From a virus (lineage: Duplodnaviria > Heunggongvirae > Uroviricota > Caudoviricetes), in IMG/VR virus record IMGVR_UViG_3300023174_000099, positions 1-64,000 of that record: a stretch of 64,000 nucleotides of DNA; one strand, given 5' to 3'. Below, in pieces: positions 27,728 to 35,174 of the stretch (its first letter is position 1; the number at the start of each line of letters is the position of its first letter). The notes under the pieces were generated by a model that saw only the letters and a list, made by a program, of their open reading frames with translations, ran no database searches and was not told where the DNA came from. The translations under genes and the position numbers were made by a program.

Positions 27728-28306
27728 ATGTACAGAGAAATTAAAGAAAATGAACTAAGAATAGATAGCTCACTAAAGTATGCTTACTTTCTAGATAAGA
27801 ATCATCCACTAGCAACTGGTAACTCATATAGGGTTTACTACCATAGGCATATAATGTCAATGAAGCTAGGCAGATGGGTTACTTCAGAAGAAGTTGTTCA
27901 TCACAAAGATGAAAACCGTTCCAATAACTCAATAGATAATCTAGAATTAACAACTAATAGTGAACATGCTAGGCTACATCAAACTATATTAGTAGATATA
28001 ACCTGTCAATGTTGTAATACCATGTTTAAACCAAAAGACTCAGATCAGATTTATTGCAGTCAAAAATGTGCTTCCTTAGCTAGACAGAAAAAGAGTCATA
28101 ACTCTTTTGATAAAAGCTTATTGGAAAAACAAATTTGGGAGCTTGGATTTACACAGACAGGTAAAATATATGGCTACTCAGATACTGGTATTAAAAAGTT
28201 AGCCAAAAAGTTAAATTGTGCTTTACCTCCTCCATATTTTCATAATAAAATACGAAGTTCCGAGGAAAGACTAAATTCATATTATTCGGATGTAGCTCAG
28301 CGGTAG
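27728..28306 (+). CDS. HNH homing endonuclease with C-terminal zinc ribbon; 3' end overlaps tRNA-Asn
   Basis: HHKDENRSNNSIDNLELTTNSEHARLH is an HNH motif; CQCCN...CSQKC; leader motif GGGTAGCTCCCCTG upstream. Confidence 0.75.
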   Translation: MYREIKENELRIDSSLKYAYFLDKNHPLATGNSYRVYYHRHIMSMKLGRWVTSEEVVHHKDENRSNNSIDNLELTTNSEHARLHQTILVDITCQCCNTMFKPKDSDQIYCSQKCASLARQKKSHNSFDKSLLEKQIWELGFTQTGKIYGYSDTGIKKLAKKLNCALPPPYFHNKIRSSEERLNSYYSDVAQR

Positions 28307-28361
28307 TAGCTCTTGTCTGTTAAACAAGTGGTCGCAGGTTCGATCCCTGCCATCCGAGCCA
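28286..28361 (+). tRNA. tRNA-Asn (GTT)
   Basis: Acceptor tcggatg/catccga, loop cuGUUaa, T-arm gcaggTTCGATCcctgc, CCA. Confidence 0.75.
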
Positions 28362-28377
28362 GTTTTTGGAGATAACC

Positions 28378-28545
28378 ATGCTAGAAATAGCTATTGCACT
28401 ATACGTAATTGTCGGAATCATTACGTTTCTAACGGCGATCTCCGATAAATATGTTAAGTTAAACTCTAAACTAACAACTATTTTTGGTTTACTTAGTTTC
28501 GTTTGGCCCATCCTTTGGCTAGTTTATCTAGTCGATGAGCTATAA
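28378..28545 (+). CDS. Small membrane protein (55 aa, below the ORF-track cutoff)
   Basis: ATG after RBS tggagataacc; two hydrophobic segments. Confidence 0.35.
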   Translation: MLEIAIALYVIVGIITFLTAISDKYVKLNSKLTTIFGLLSFVWPILWLVYLVDEL

Positions 28546-28573
28546 AATATTGTGGGCCTGTATTTCAAAGGTA

Positions 28574-28648
28574 GAAAATGCTCCTCATAAGAGCTAAGAT
28601 GGGAGTTCGAGTCTCTCCGGGCCTACCAAGATAGCTGAAAAGGGTAGC
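28574..28648 (+). tRNA. tRNA-Met (CAT)
   Basis: Acceptor gggcctg/cgggcct (2 GU), loop cuCAUaa, T-arm gggagTTCGAGTctctc, CCA. Confidence 0.6.
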
Positions 28649-28701
28649 TCCCCTGTTAGTACCTATATGCTAACTAGGCTAATGCCTTATAGGAGGCTAA
28701 A

Positions 28702-29295
28702 ATGTTAATTTCAGAGAAAGAAGAACTTATAGCTTTAATATTAAGTGACTTAGATACAAGTATCTTACATAGATATAATATAAACTTTACTATTTTTTGT
28801 AATGCCATAGCTAGTGGTGAAAATCTCCACTCCAAGTTGGGTGTAAGTTACAATAGTTTAAGTAAAATAATTAAGGACTTGTTTCCCAATAAAAATAAAG
28901 GTAAACTCCTAAATTATGTATTATCTTTAGTAGATCACAAAGTTTGTACTAGTTGCGAAAAATTCTTGCATACAGAAGATTTTAGATTAAACTCAAGCAA
29001 TGCTGATGGTCTTAATGCACATTGCAAAATGTGCCATGCTGTAGTTACTTATAAAACACAAAATTATAGACAATCAAACTATAATGCTAGAAAGGCTCAG
29101 AGAACTCCCAAATGGGCGAACCTTGAGACAATAAAAGAGTTTTATTCTAAGTGCCCAGAAGGCTACCATGTAGATCATATAATACCTTTGAACGGGGAAT
29201 TAGTATGCGGATTACATGTTGAGAATAACCTTCAATATCTAACAGCGCAAGAAAATATTCAAAAGAGCAATAAGTTTGTGCCTTATAGTATATGA
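28702..29295 (+). CDS. HNH homing endonuclease with zinc-finger region
   Basis: EGYHVDHIIPLNGELVCGLHVENNLQYLTAQEN is an HNH motif; CTSC..CKMCH; conserved leader motif upstream. Confidence 0.75.
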   Translation: MLISEKEELIALILSDLDTSILHRYNINFTIFCNAIASGENLHSKLGVSYNSLSKIIKDLFPNKNKGKLLNYVLSLVDHKVCTSCEKFLHTEDFRLNSSNADGLNAHCKMCHAVVTYKTQNYRQSNYNARKAQRTPKWANLETIKEFYSKCPEGYHVDHIIPLNGELVCGLHVENNLQYLTAQENIQKSNKFVPYSI

Positions 29296-29858
29296 CAACA
29301 ATTCTTGCACTAGACATGTCGGGAACTCCTCGTGCATGGATCAATTGCGACGAAGCCATTAGCTATCATGCTAAAGACCTCGTCGCATGGTCACTTGGCG
29401 AAACTGTCGCTGAGTATCACGGAGGGTTCAATCGTATAACCGGAAAGCAGAGCAAGCTTGAAACTAGCAGTATTATTGCTATTAAAGGCTCCGAGTTCCA
29501 TAAACATACTAAAGTTCTTCTAACAAATCCTACCCTTTTTGCTAGAGACAGGCATTTATGTGCTTATTGTGGGTTTACCCATACCAATCATAGATTTTTT
29601 AGCCGCGATCATATTGTGCCACGTTCGCGTGGTGGTAAAGACGAGTGGACTAATGTGGTTACAGCCTGCGTGCCTTGTAATCAAGAGAAAGGCGCTAAGA
29701 CTCTTAATGAGTCTGATATGAGTCTTATTTATGTTCCCTATGCTCCTAATCACTATGAGAATATGATTCTTAAGAACAAACGTATTCTAGCAGATCAAAT
29801 GGAATATCTCCTAGCAGGAGTTCCAAAACACAGTAGGGTGTGGTGGCCGACCGTTTAG
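29292..29858 (+). CDS. HNH endonuclease (McrA-like)
   Basis: CAYCG...DHIVPRSRGGKDEWTNVVTACVPCNQEK. Confidence 0.75.
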   Translation: MTTILALDMSGTPRAWINCDEAISYHAKDLVAWSLGETVAEYHGGFNRITGKQSKLETSSIIAIKGSEFHKHTKVLLTNPTLFARDRHLCAYCGFTHTNHRFFSRDHIVPRSRGGKDEWTNVVTACVPCNQEKGAKTLNESDMSLIYVPYAPNHYENMILKNKRILADQMEYLLAGVPKHSRVWWPTV

Positions 29859-29913
29859 GCATCTGATTGCAACCCAGATTCAAGCAGGTTAAATTCCTGT
29901 CCACACCTCCAAT

Positions 29914-29987
29914 GCCGGTATAGTTAAGTGATATAACAGTTGCCTTGTAAGCATCAGTTCAGAGTTTGATTCTCTGTTCCGGCACCA
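29914..29987 (+). tRNA. tRNA-Thr (TGT)
   Basis: Acceptor gccggta/ttccggc (1 mismatch), loop cuUGUaa, T-arm cagagTTTGATTctctg, CCA. Confidence 0.6.
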
Positions 29988-29988
29988 C

Positions 29989-30064
29989 GTACCCTTAGCT
30001 CAATGGTTAGAGCGACCGCCTTTTAAGCGGTAGGTTCCGGGTTCAAGTCCCGGAGGGTTCACCA
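29989..30064 (+). tRNA. tRNA-Lys (TTT)
   Basis: D-arm gctcaatggttagagc, loop cuUUUaa, T-arm ccgggTTCAAGTcccgg, CCA. Confidence 0.7.
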
Positions 30065-30071
30065 TAATTAC

Positions 30072-30145
30072 GTCGGTGAAGTGTTACGGTAGCACGGCGG
30101 TCTCCAAAACTGCAAGCCAGAGTTCGACTCTCTGCACCCTCGCCA
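30072..30145 (+). tRNA. tRNA-Trp (CCA) with two adjacent acceptor-stem mismatches (2-71 U-U, 3-70 C-C)
   Basis: Anticodon stem gcggt/actgc with loop cuCCAaa, T-arm cagagTTCGACTctctg, CCA. Confidence 0.5.
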
Positions 30146-30146
30146 T

Positions 30147-30220
30147 TTCCCGTTCGTCTAAAGGTAGGACCCTAGACTTTGAATCTGGTTATCGTGGTTC
30201 GAATCCACGGCGGGAAACCA
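30147..30220 (+). tRNA. tRNA-Gln (TTG)
   Basis: Acceptor tttcccg/cgggaaa, loop cuUUGaa, T-arm cgtggTTCGAATccacg, CCA. Confidence 0.7.
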
Positions 30221-30410
30221 ATTAGGAGATTATTGTGCTTCTTAGTACTTACGAACAAAATAATAGAATTGCTAAAATTCATAGAGAAGACGAAACTTTC
30301 GTCGTCTATATGTATGAAGATAATATTTTAAAAGAGCGCAGACCTCTTATTGGTTATTCTGAGCAATATGCTGAGAACTGCGCTGAAAACTGGATTACAG
30401 GAATTATTTA

Positions 30411-30620
30411 ATGTTTCTAAAAGCAATTTGGTCAGAAGGTTGCCCCAAGCGGGAATATACAGCGGGTCACATGGGCGACGCTCGTGGTGAAACGCTAGAA
30501 GAAGTTTGTAATGATCTAGCCTCTCGTAAGGAATGGTTCGCGCGCAAGTATAAAAACTTGCGATATGATGGGATGCGACTATTTCTTAGCGAGGAAGAAG
30601 CTAGAGAAAGTTTTGGGTGA
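30411..30620 (+). CDS. Hypothetical protein (69 aa); 3' end abuts tRNA-Ser
   Basis: ORF track. Confidence 0.4.
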   Translation: MFLKAIWSEGCPKREYTAGHMGDARGETLEEVCNDLASRKEWFARKYKNLRYDGMRLFLSEEEARESFG

Positions 30621-30703
30621 GTTGGCTGAGCGGTCTAAAGCGACAGTTTGCTAAATTGTTGTACTTAACGGTACCGAGGGTTCGAATCCCTCACTCACCT
30701 CCA
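30616..30703 (+). tRNA. tRNA-Ser (GCT), type II
   Basis: Acceptor ggtgagt/actcacc, loop uuGCUaa, long variable arm gtacttaacggtac, T-arm gagggTTCGAATccctc, CCA. Confidence 0.7.
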
Positions 30704-30718
30704 TTAAAATAGATGTTG

Positions 30719-30747
30719 ACTTGTCACCCTAACTAGGGTATATTACG
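30719..30747 (+). promoter_or_regulatory. sigma70 promoter: TTGACT-17-TATATT with CCTAACTAGG-like spacer
   Basis: TTGACTtgtcaccctaactagggTATATT; spacer motif shared with the promoter at 32381. Confidence 0.5.
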
Positions 30748-30773
30748 TTATTCTCTTTAAGAAAGGTTAATTT

Positions 30774-31565
30774 ATGAATTTTAAGATTATCGCCGTATCA
30801 GCCCTAGCTCTTACTCTAGCTGCTTGCTCGCGTGTTGAGACTGGCCAGTCAGCTATCCGCGTCAACTTTGATAAGACCATTGAAAAGGAAGAACTACTTC
30901 CAGGTTCGTTTAATCAAACTCTATTTGGGGATGTTCTTCTGTTTCCCGTCAAGGACGTTTCTGTATCTGTAGAGGATCTAACTCCTCTAGCGTCGGATAA
31001 CAGCACTGTTGCAGACTTTGACGTATCAATCATCTACAACATTAATCCAAGCTCAGTAGCTGATATCTACACAACTAAGAGCCGTTCATTCCATGCTACG
31101 GACGACGAAGGCCACACCTATTTGATGTTCAATTATATGCATCAGGTTGGTCGCAATGCGGTCTATAAGATCGCTCGCCGGTACGAATCGCTGAAGATGA
31201 ATGATAGCCGAGCTGAGATTGAGAACTCTATTCGTGAAGAAGTTGTTCGTTCGCTTCAGGAAGAAAAGCTTGATACCTCAATTAATATCTCGCAGGTTCT
31301 AGTCAAGCAGATTATTCCTGCTAAAAACATCGTTCAGTCAGCTAACCTTCTGGTTCAGGCTCAGAACGAGCGTAAGCGTAAGGCTGTTGAAGTCGATACT
31401 GCTAAGCTAGAAGCTGAACGTATTGCGGCTCTGAATGCTAACGCTGGTGCGACCAAGTACATGGAAGCTACTGCTATCGTTACGATTGCGGAAGCGGTTG
31501 CTGCTGGTAAGGTTAACACGATCGTAATTCCATATGACTTCAAGGGCATTGTGAACGTAAAATGA
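30774..31565 (+). CDS. SPFH/band-7 (prohibitin/HflK-like) domain lipoprotein
   Basis: Signal plus lipobox LTLAAC; C-terminal Ala/Glu-rich coiled region typical of SPFH proteins. Confidence 0.5.
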   Translation: MNFKIIAVSALALTLAACSRVETGQSAIRVNFDKTIEKEELLPGSFNQTLFGDVLLFPVKDVSVSVEDLTPLASDNSTVADFDVSIIYNINPSSVADIYTTKSRSFHATDDEGHTYLMFNYMHQVGRNAVYKIARRYESLKMNDSRAEIENSIREEVVRSLQEEKLDTSINISQVLVKQIIPAKNIVQSANLLVQAQNERKRKAVEVDTAKLEAERIAALNANAGATKYMEATAIVTIAEAVAAGKVNTIVIPYDFKGIVNVK

Positions 31566-31819
31566 TTATTTGGCTTATCGGATTCCTAGCGTTTATCTTT
31601 TATCGGACTTTTAAGGCCGGTATGAAGTCAGATAGTCTATTCTACATGGATAGAATGGAATATACTACTGACTATACTAAGAAAGTACTAGTACGTAAAT
31701 TTGATGGAGATAAGTTATTTTTCTACGGTATTACAACTATTGTCGTAGGACTCTCATGGCCTATCTCGTTACCCTGCATTGGCATTTACCTACTAGGCAA
31801 GCGATTCACTGCTAAGTGA
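31562..31819 (+). CDS. Small membrane protein (2 TM), translationally coupled to the SPFH gene
   Basis: ATGA overlap; hydrophobic IIWLIGFLAFIF and ITTIVVGLSWPISLPCIGIYLLG. Confidence 0.45.
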   Translation: MIIWLIGFLAFIFYRTFKAGMKSDSLFYMDRMEYTTDYTKKVLVRKFDGDKLFFYGITTIVVGLSWPISLPCIGIYLLGKRFTAK

Positions 31820-31831
31820 TTTATAGGAGGC

Positions 31832-32224
31832 GTGAGTATGAGACTATTCTTCAAGTCTAAAGATGGCGGTCCAGATAGCTCTGTAACAGGCTACTGGCTT
31901 ATCGAGTCAAAGAAGCTCTTTTCTATTGTGCTTCTCAAATTTGACGGTCGTAGCCGTGAAGCTTATCATACTCACGCCTTCAATGCATGGAGTTGGATTC
32001 TTCCTAGTGGACTCGGCATGACGGAACATCTAGAAGATGGGTCTAGAAAGTTTCTCAAGCCTGATTCCTTTGTGTTTACTCCTCGTGATCGGATGCACAA
32101 AGTAGACAGTAATGGCACTACTTGGGTTCTGTCTTTTAGAGGCCCTTGGTTGGACAATTGGAAAGAAATTAACGAGCATGGTCATCAAACGCTGACACAT
32201 GGTCGCAAAGTTATGGACACTTAG
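31832..32224 (+). CDS. Hypothetical protein (130 aa)
   Basis: RBS ataggaggcgtgagtATG. Confidence 0.5.
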   Translation: MSMRLFFKSKDGGPDSSVTGYWLIESKKLFSIVLLKFDGRSREAYHTHAFNAWSWILPSGLGMTEHLEDGSRKFLKPDSFVFTPRDRMHKVDSNGTTWVLSFRGPWLDNWKEINEHGHQTLTHGRKVMDT

Positions 32225-32289
32225 CTCAGTAGGTAGAGCGCAGCCCTCTTAAGGCTTAGGTCACAGGTTCGATCCCTGTAGTGTCTACC
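32215..32289 (+). tRNA. tRNA-Lys (CTT)
   Basis: D-arm gctcagtaggtagagc, loop cuCUUaa, T-arm acaggTTCGATCcctgt, CCA. Confidence 0.55.
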
Positions 32290-32290
32290 A

Positions 32291-32368
32291 TATGCCCGTA
32301 GCTCAACTGGAATAGAGCGTCTGATTACGAATCAGAAGGTTGAGGGTTCGAGTCCTTCCGGGCATACC
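32291..32368 (+). tRNA. tRNA-Arg (ACG)
   Basis: Acceptor atgcccg/cgggcat, loop uuACGaa, T-arm gagggTTCGAGTccttc, CCA. Confidence 0.7.
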
Positions 32369-32380
32369 ATAAAATACATA

Positions 32381-32409
32381 TTGACTTAGTAGCCTAACTA
32401 GGCTATATT
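32381..32409 (+). promoter_or_regulatory. sigma70 promoter inside the tRNA array: TTGACT-17-TATATT, TSS about 3 nt before tRNA-Ile
   Basis: TTGACTtagtagcctaactaggcTATATT. Confidence 0.55.
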
Positions 32410-32418
32410 ACATAAATG

Positions 32419-32504
32419 ATGTTCCATAGCTCAGCTGGTAGAGCGCGACACTGATAATGTCGAGGTCACTGGTTCGAACCCAGTTGGAACAACCATGGGG
32501 ATGT
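32419..32504 (+). tRNA. tRNA-Ile (GAT)
   Basis: Acceptor tgttcca/tggaaca, D-arm gctcagctggtagagc, loop cuGAUaa, T-arm actggTTCGAACccagt, CCA. Confidence 0.75.
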
Positions 32505-32505
32505 A

Positions 32506-32571
32506 GCTCACCGGGGAGAGCGTCTGATTTGCATTCAGAAGGTAGCAGGTTCGAGTCCTGTCATCTCCACC
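32506..32571 (+). tRNA. tRNA-Ala (TGC)
   Basis: Acceptor ggggatg/catctcc, loop uuUGCau, T-arm gcaggTTCGAGTcctgt, CCA. Confidence 0.7.
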
Positions 32572-32575
32572 ATTT

Positions 32576-32650
32576 TCTAGATGTGGCCTAATGGTAAGGC
32601 ACCGCGTTTGGGGCGCGGGGACTGGGAGTTCGAGTCTCTCCATCTAGACC
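32576..32650 (+). tRNA. tRNA-Pro (TGG)
   Basis: Acceptor ctagatg/catctag, anticodon stem ccgcg/cgcgg with loop uuUGGgg, T-arm gggagTTCGAGTctctc, CCA. Confidence 0.7.
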
Positions 32651-32722
32651 AGTTTTTGCTGAAAGGGTAGCTCCCCTGTCTGTCCTCCTACGACAGAATA
32701 AGCAATTCAAGTAGGAGTTAAA

Positions 32723-33223
32723 ATGAATGGTACTTTATACAGAATTATAAATATGAAAAATGATAAGTCGTATATTGGTAAGACTTATCAAGATATGCAC
32801 ACTAGACTATCTCAACACATACGTGACGCTAATAAGTTTCCCTATAGACCCCTTTATGCTGCTATGAACAAGTACGGACTAGATTCTTTCTCTATGGAAA
32901 TCATTGGAGAATTTCCAGAAGGTATCCTGGAGCATAAAGAAATAGAATATATAGAAATATACAATTCTTACGGCCAGAGAGGCTATAACGCCACAAAAGG
33001 TGGGGATGGAGTTAGATACCTAGACCTCCCAGAAGAAGAAATAGTAAATCTATATAAATCAAATACTATAAAATACATAGCTAATTTCTATAGCGTAGAT
33101 CATAGTACTATACGAAAAATACTACTAAATCAAGGTATCTCCCTAAGAAATCATAAGGAAGATAGTATTTTTGCGGAAAGTAAAAGAAAAAATGCATCTA
33201 AAATACTTTTAGCACATTCATAA
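32723..33223 (+). CDS. GIY-YIG homing endonuclease, interrupted: in-frame TAA at 33221 separates the catalytic domain from a conserved C-terminal domain (33224-33378)
   Basis: LYRIINMKNDKSYIGKTY is a GIY-YIG motif. After the stop the same frame reads VYENTYECAKDLIEIG...VCTGNRKSYKGLIFKYDI, homologous to the C-terminus of the 13129 gene. Confidence 0.7.
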   Translation: MNGTLYRIINMKNDKSYIGKTYQDMHTRLSQHIRDANKFPYRPLYAAMNKYGLDSFSMEIIGEFPEGILEHKEIEYIEIYNSYGQRGYNATKGGDGVRYLDLPEEEIVNLYKSNTIKYIANFYSVDHSTIRKILLNQGISLRNHKEDSIFAESKRKNASKILLAHS

Positions 33224-33251
33224 GTATATGAAAATACTTATGAATGTGCTA
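33205..33251. repeat. Perfect 17-bp inverted repeat (agcacattcataagtat / atacttatgaatgtgct) flanking the in-frame TAA of the GIY-YIG gene
   Basis: Direct reading of the sequence; loop atgaaa. Confidence 0.7.
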
Positions 33252-33384
33252 AAGATCTTATTGAAATAGGTATAATTAGTCCAACACTGTCTATTAAGTC
33301 AATACAGCATGGTATAAGAAATGTATGCACAGGTAATAGAAAGTCCTATAAAGGCTTAATATTTAAATACGATATTTAGTAGAT

Positions 33385-33460
33385 AGACTAGTAGCTCAGT
33401 GGTAGTAGCGCTGCTTTTACACAGCAGAGGTCATAGGTTCGAAACCTATCTAGTCTACCA
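33385..33460 (+). tRNA. tRNA-Val (TAC)
   Basis: Acceptor agactag/ctagtct, anticodon stem ctgct/agcag with loop uuUACac, T-arm ataggTTCGAAAcctat, CCA. Confidence 0.7.
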
Positions 33461-33462
33461 GT

Positions 33463-33536
33463 TCCCCCTTCGTCTAACGGTAGGATAGCAGACTCTGACT
33501 CTGTATGTGGTGGTTCGAATCCATCAGGGGGATCCA
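33463..33536 (+). tRNA. tRNA-Gln (CTG)
   Basis: Acceptor tccccct/aggggga, loop cuCUGac, T-arm ggtggTTCGAATccatc, CCA. Confidence 0.6.
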
Positions 33537-33537
33537 T

Positions 33538-33612
33538 GACGGCGTAGTGTAGTTGGTAACACGCAGGCTTGTGGTGCCTGAGTCACGGGTTCGAATCCCG
33601 TCGTCGCGACCA
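33538..33612 (+). tRNA. tRNA-His (GTG) with mismatched top of acceptor stem (1-72 G-G, 2-71 A-C) and no encoded G-1
   Basis: Perfect anticodon stem caggc/gcctg with loop uuGUGgu, D-arm gtgtagttggtaacac, T-arm acgggTTCGAATcccgt, CCA. Confidence 0.5.
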
Positions 33613-33621
33613 GAGTTAAAT

Positions 33622-33706
33622 GCGGATGTGGCGGAATTGGTAGACGCCCTGGTTTTAGGTACCAGTATCGAAAGGTGTGGGGGTTCGAGTCCCTTCATCC
33701 GCACCA
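33622..33706 (+). tRNA. tRNA-Leu (TAG), type II
   Basis: Acceptor gcggatg/catccgc, loop uuUAGgu, long variable arm, T-arm gggggTTCGAGTccctt, CCA. Confidence 0.7.
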
Positions 33707-33707
33707 T

Positions 33708-33793
33708 GGGAGCGCGGCTTGAGTTGGAGAGCAGCGGCTGACTGTAAATCAGTTCCTTCGGGTGAGTAGGTTCGAATCCTTCCGCTCCCACCA
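33708..33793 (+). tRNA. tRNA-Tyr (GTA), type II
   Basis: Acceptor gggagcg/cgctccc, loop cuGUAaa, variable arm tccttcgggtga, CCA. Confidence 0.65.
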
Positions 33794-33798
33794 TATTT

Positions 33799-33873
33799 GG
33801 CCCGGTCGTCTAGTGGCTAGGATACTTGGTTTTCACCCAAGAGAAGCGGGATCGAAACCCGTTCGGGCTACCA
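33799..33873 (+). tRNA. tRNA-Glu (TTC)
   Basis: D-arm gtctagtggctaggat (Glu-like), anticodon stem cttgg/ccaag with loop uuUUCac, T-arm gcgggATCGAAAcccgt, CCA. Confidence 0.7.
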
Positions 33874-33934
33874 AAAATAACAGACTGGGATAGTGGTTAA
33901 CACTGTCCCAGTTTCTATTTCAGGAGAAACGATG

Positions 33935-34303
33935 GATTGTGTAATTATAGGTGATTCCATTGCCAAAGGTATGGGCCAGCTAGCGCAAAATTGTGCTACA
34001 CATGCAAAAGAAGGCGCAACGTCTTCCTATATTAAGCGATTTAAGCAGCAGGGTAATGTGACCATCATATCAGCAGGGTCCAACGATCCTAACAGCGCCG
34101 AACTGCCCGAAAATTTATGCAAAATTAGACAAAGAATTTCCGGGCATGTAGTCTGGATTCTACCCTACAACAGAATAGCCGCCGCTAAGGTGCGAAAAGC
34201 CGCAAAACCGGGTGATGTTCTAGTGAACCTTAAGTACTGCCCCACGAGAGACAGAATTCACCCAACCAGTTACAAATGCCCATGGAGATTAATAAATGGA
34301 TAA
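33935..34303 (+). CDS. SGNH/GDSL-like hydrolase (small)
   Basis: ORF 33893..34303 trimmed to ATG 33935 after RBS caggagaaacg; motifs VIIGDSIAKG and SAGSNDP. Confidence 0.45.
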   Translation, partial: DCVIIGDSIAKGMGQLAQNCATHAKEGATSSYIKRFKQQGNVTIISAGSNDPNSAELPENLCKIRQRISGHVVWILPYNRIAAAKVRKAAKPGDVLVNLKYCPTRDRIHPTSYKCPWRLING

Positions 34304-34550
34304 AACCCTAGTACCCTGTTTCGTGTGTGGAAAAGAGCTAGAGAATATTGGGAGAAATCAGCCCCTAGAAGGAACCGAGTTCAGTACCTATGGTCACTAT
34401 GGCTCAGGAGTTTTTGACCCTATGGACGGCTCAGAACTAGCTATTAATATTTGCAACACTTGTCTTTTAGACGGTGTAAAGAAGGGACGAGCCCTTCACA
34501 TGAGAGTCACTGCATTCAATGACTCATTGGAGATTTTCAAATGCCAGTAG
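34296..34550 (+). CDS. Zinc-ribbon hypothetical protein
   Basis: CFVCG...CNTC. Confidence 0.4.
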   Translation: MDKTLVPCFVCGKELENIGRNQPLEGTEFSTYGHYGSGVFDPMDGSELAINICNTCLLDGVKKGRALHMRVTAFNDSLEIFKCQ

Positions 34551-34691
34551 AACCACGTAAAAATGAAACAAAAGAAGAATTCGTTTCCAGATGTATTGCT
34601 CAGGAAGTAGCCAGTGGCTATGAGCAGGGTCAAGCTGTGGCTATATGTTACAGCAAATGGAAAGAACGAAAAGAATATTCAAAAAATAATT

Positions 34692-34720
34692 CTTGACTTT
34701 TCAATTCAATAAATCTATAA
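34692..34720 (+). promoter_or_regulatory. sigma70 promoter: aataattcTTGACT-17-TATAAT
   Basis: TTGACTtttcaattcaataaatcTATAAT. Confidence 0.55.
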
Positions 34721-34772
34721 TACATTCATCAACTAAGAAGTTGATGTTTTAACTTTTAAGGAGCTTATTAAT

Positions 34773-35129
34773 ATGCCATGGACAGATGAGAGCAAGGCAC
34801 AGGCCATTGAAATGTATGAGAAGGCCGAGCCTACTCCAGAAAACTCAATGGACATTGTAGCCGAAATTGCCGAGCAACTCGGTGAGTCAGTAAACGGTGT
34901 ACGTATGATTCTTAGCAAGGCTGGTGTCTACGTAAAGAAGGAAGCCGCTAAGTCAGGTGGCAGCAGTGCCTCTAAGACTACAAAGTCAGCGTCTACTCGC
35001 GTAAGCAAGGAAGATGCTCAGGCTCAGCTTATCGCTGCGCTAGAAGAGGCCGGTAAGACTGTTGATAATGATATTATCAGCAAGCTAACTGGTAAGGCGG
35101 CTGTTTATTTCGCCGGACTCTTTGCCTAA
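34773..35129 (+). CDS. HTH-like module protein (paralog family; WTDESKAQAIEMY...VNGVRMILSKAGVYV)
   Basis: Shared motif with 1394, 11751 and 38888 genes; RBS aaggagc. Confidence 0.5.
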   Translation: MPWTDESKAQAIEMYEKAEPTPENSMDIVAEIAEQLGESVNGVRMILSKAGVYVKKEAAKSGGSSASKTTKSASTRVSKEDAQAQLIAALEEAGKTVDNDIISKLTGKAAVYFAGLFA

Positions 35130-35174
35130 TCTAACTCGTGTCAGCAAGTATGCCAACCTGCCGACAAGAGGATT

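Noticed and set aside
29838-29907. Candidate tRNA-Cys (GCA) overlapping the end of HNH gene 29292..29858
   Set aside because: 9-nt anticodon loop, 4-bp T-stem, acceptor mismatch and no CCA. Treated as a tRNA remnant rather than a gene.
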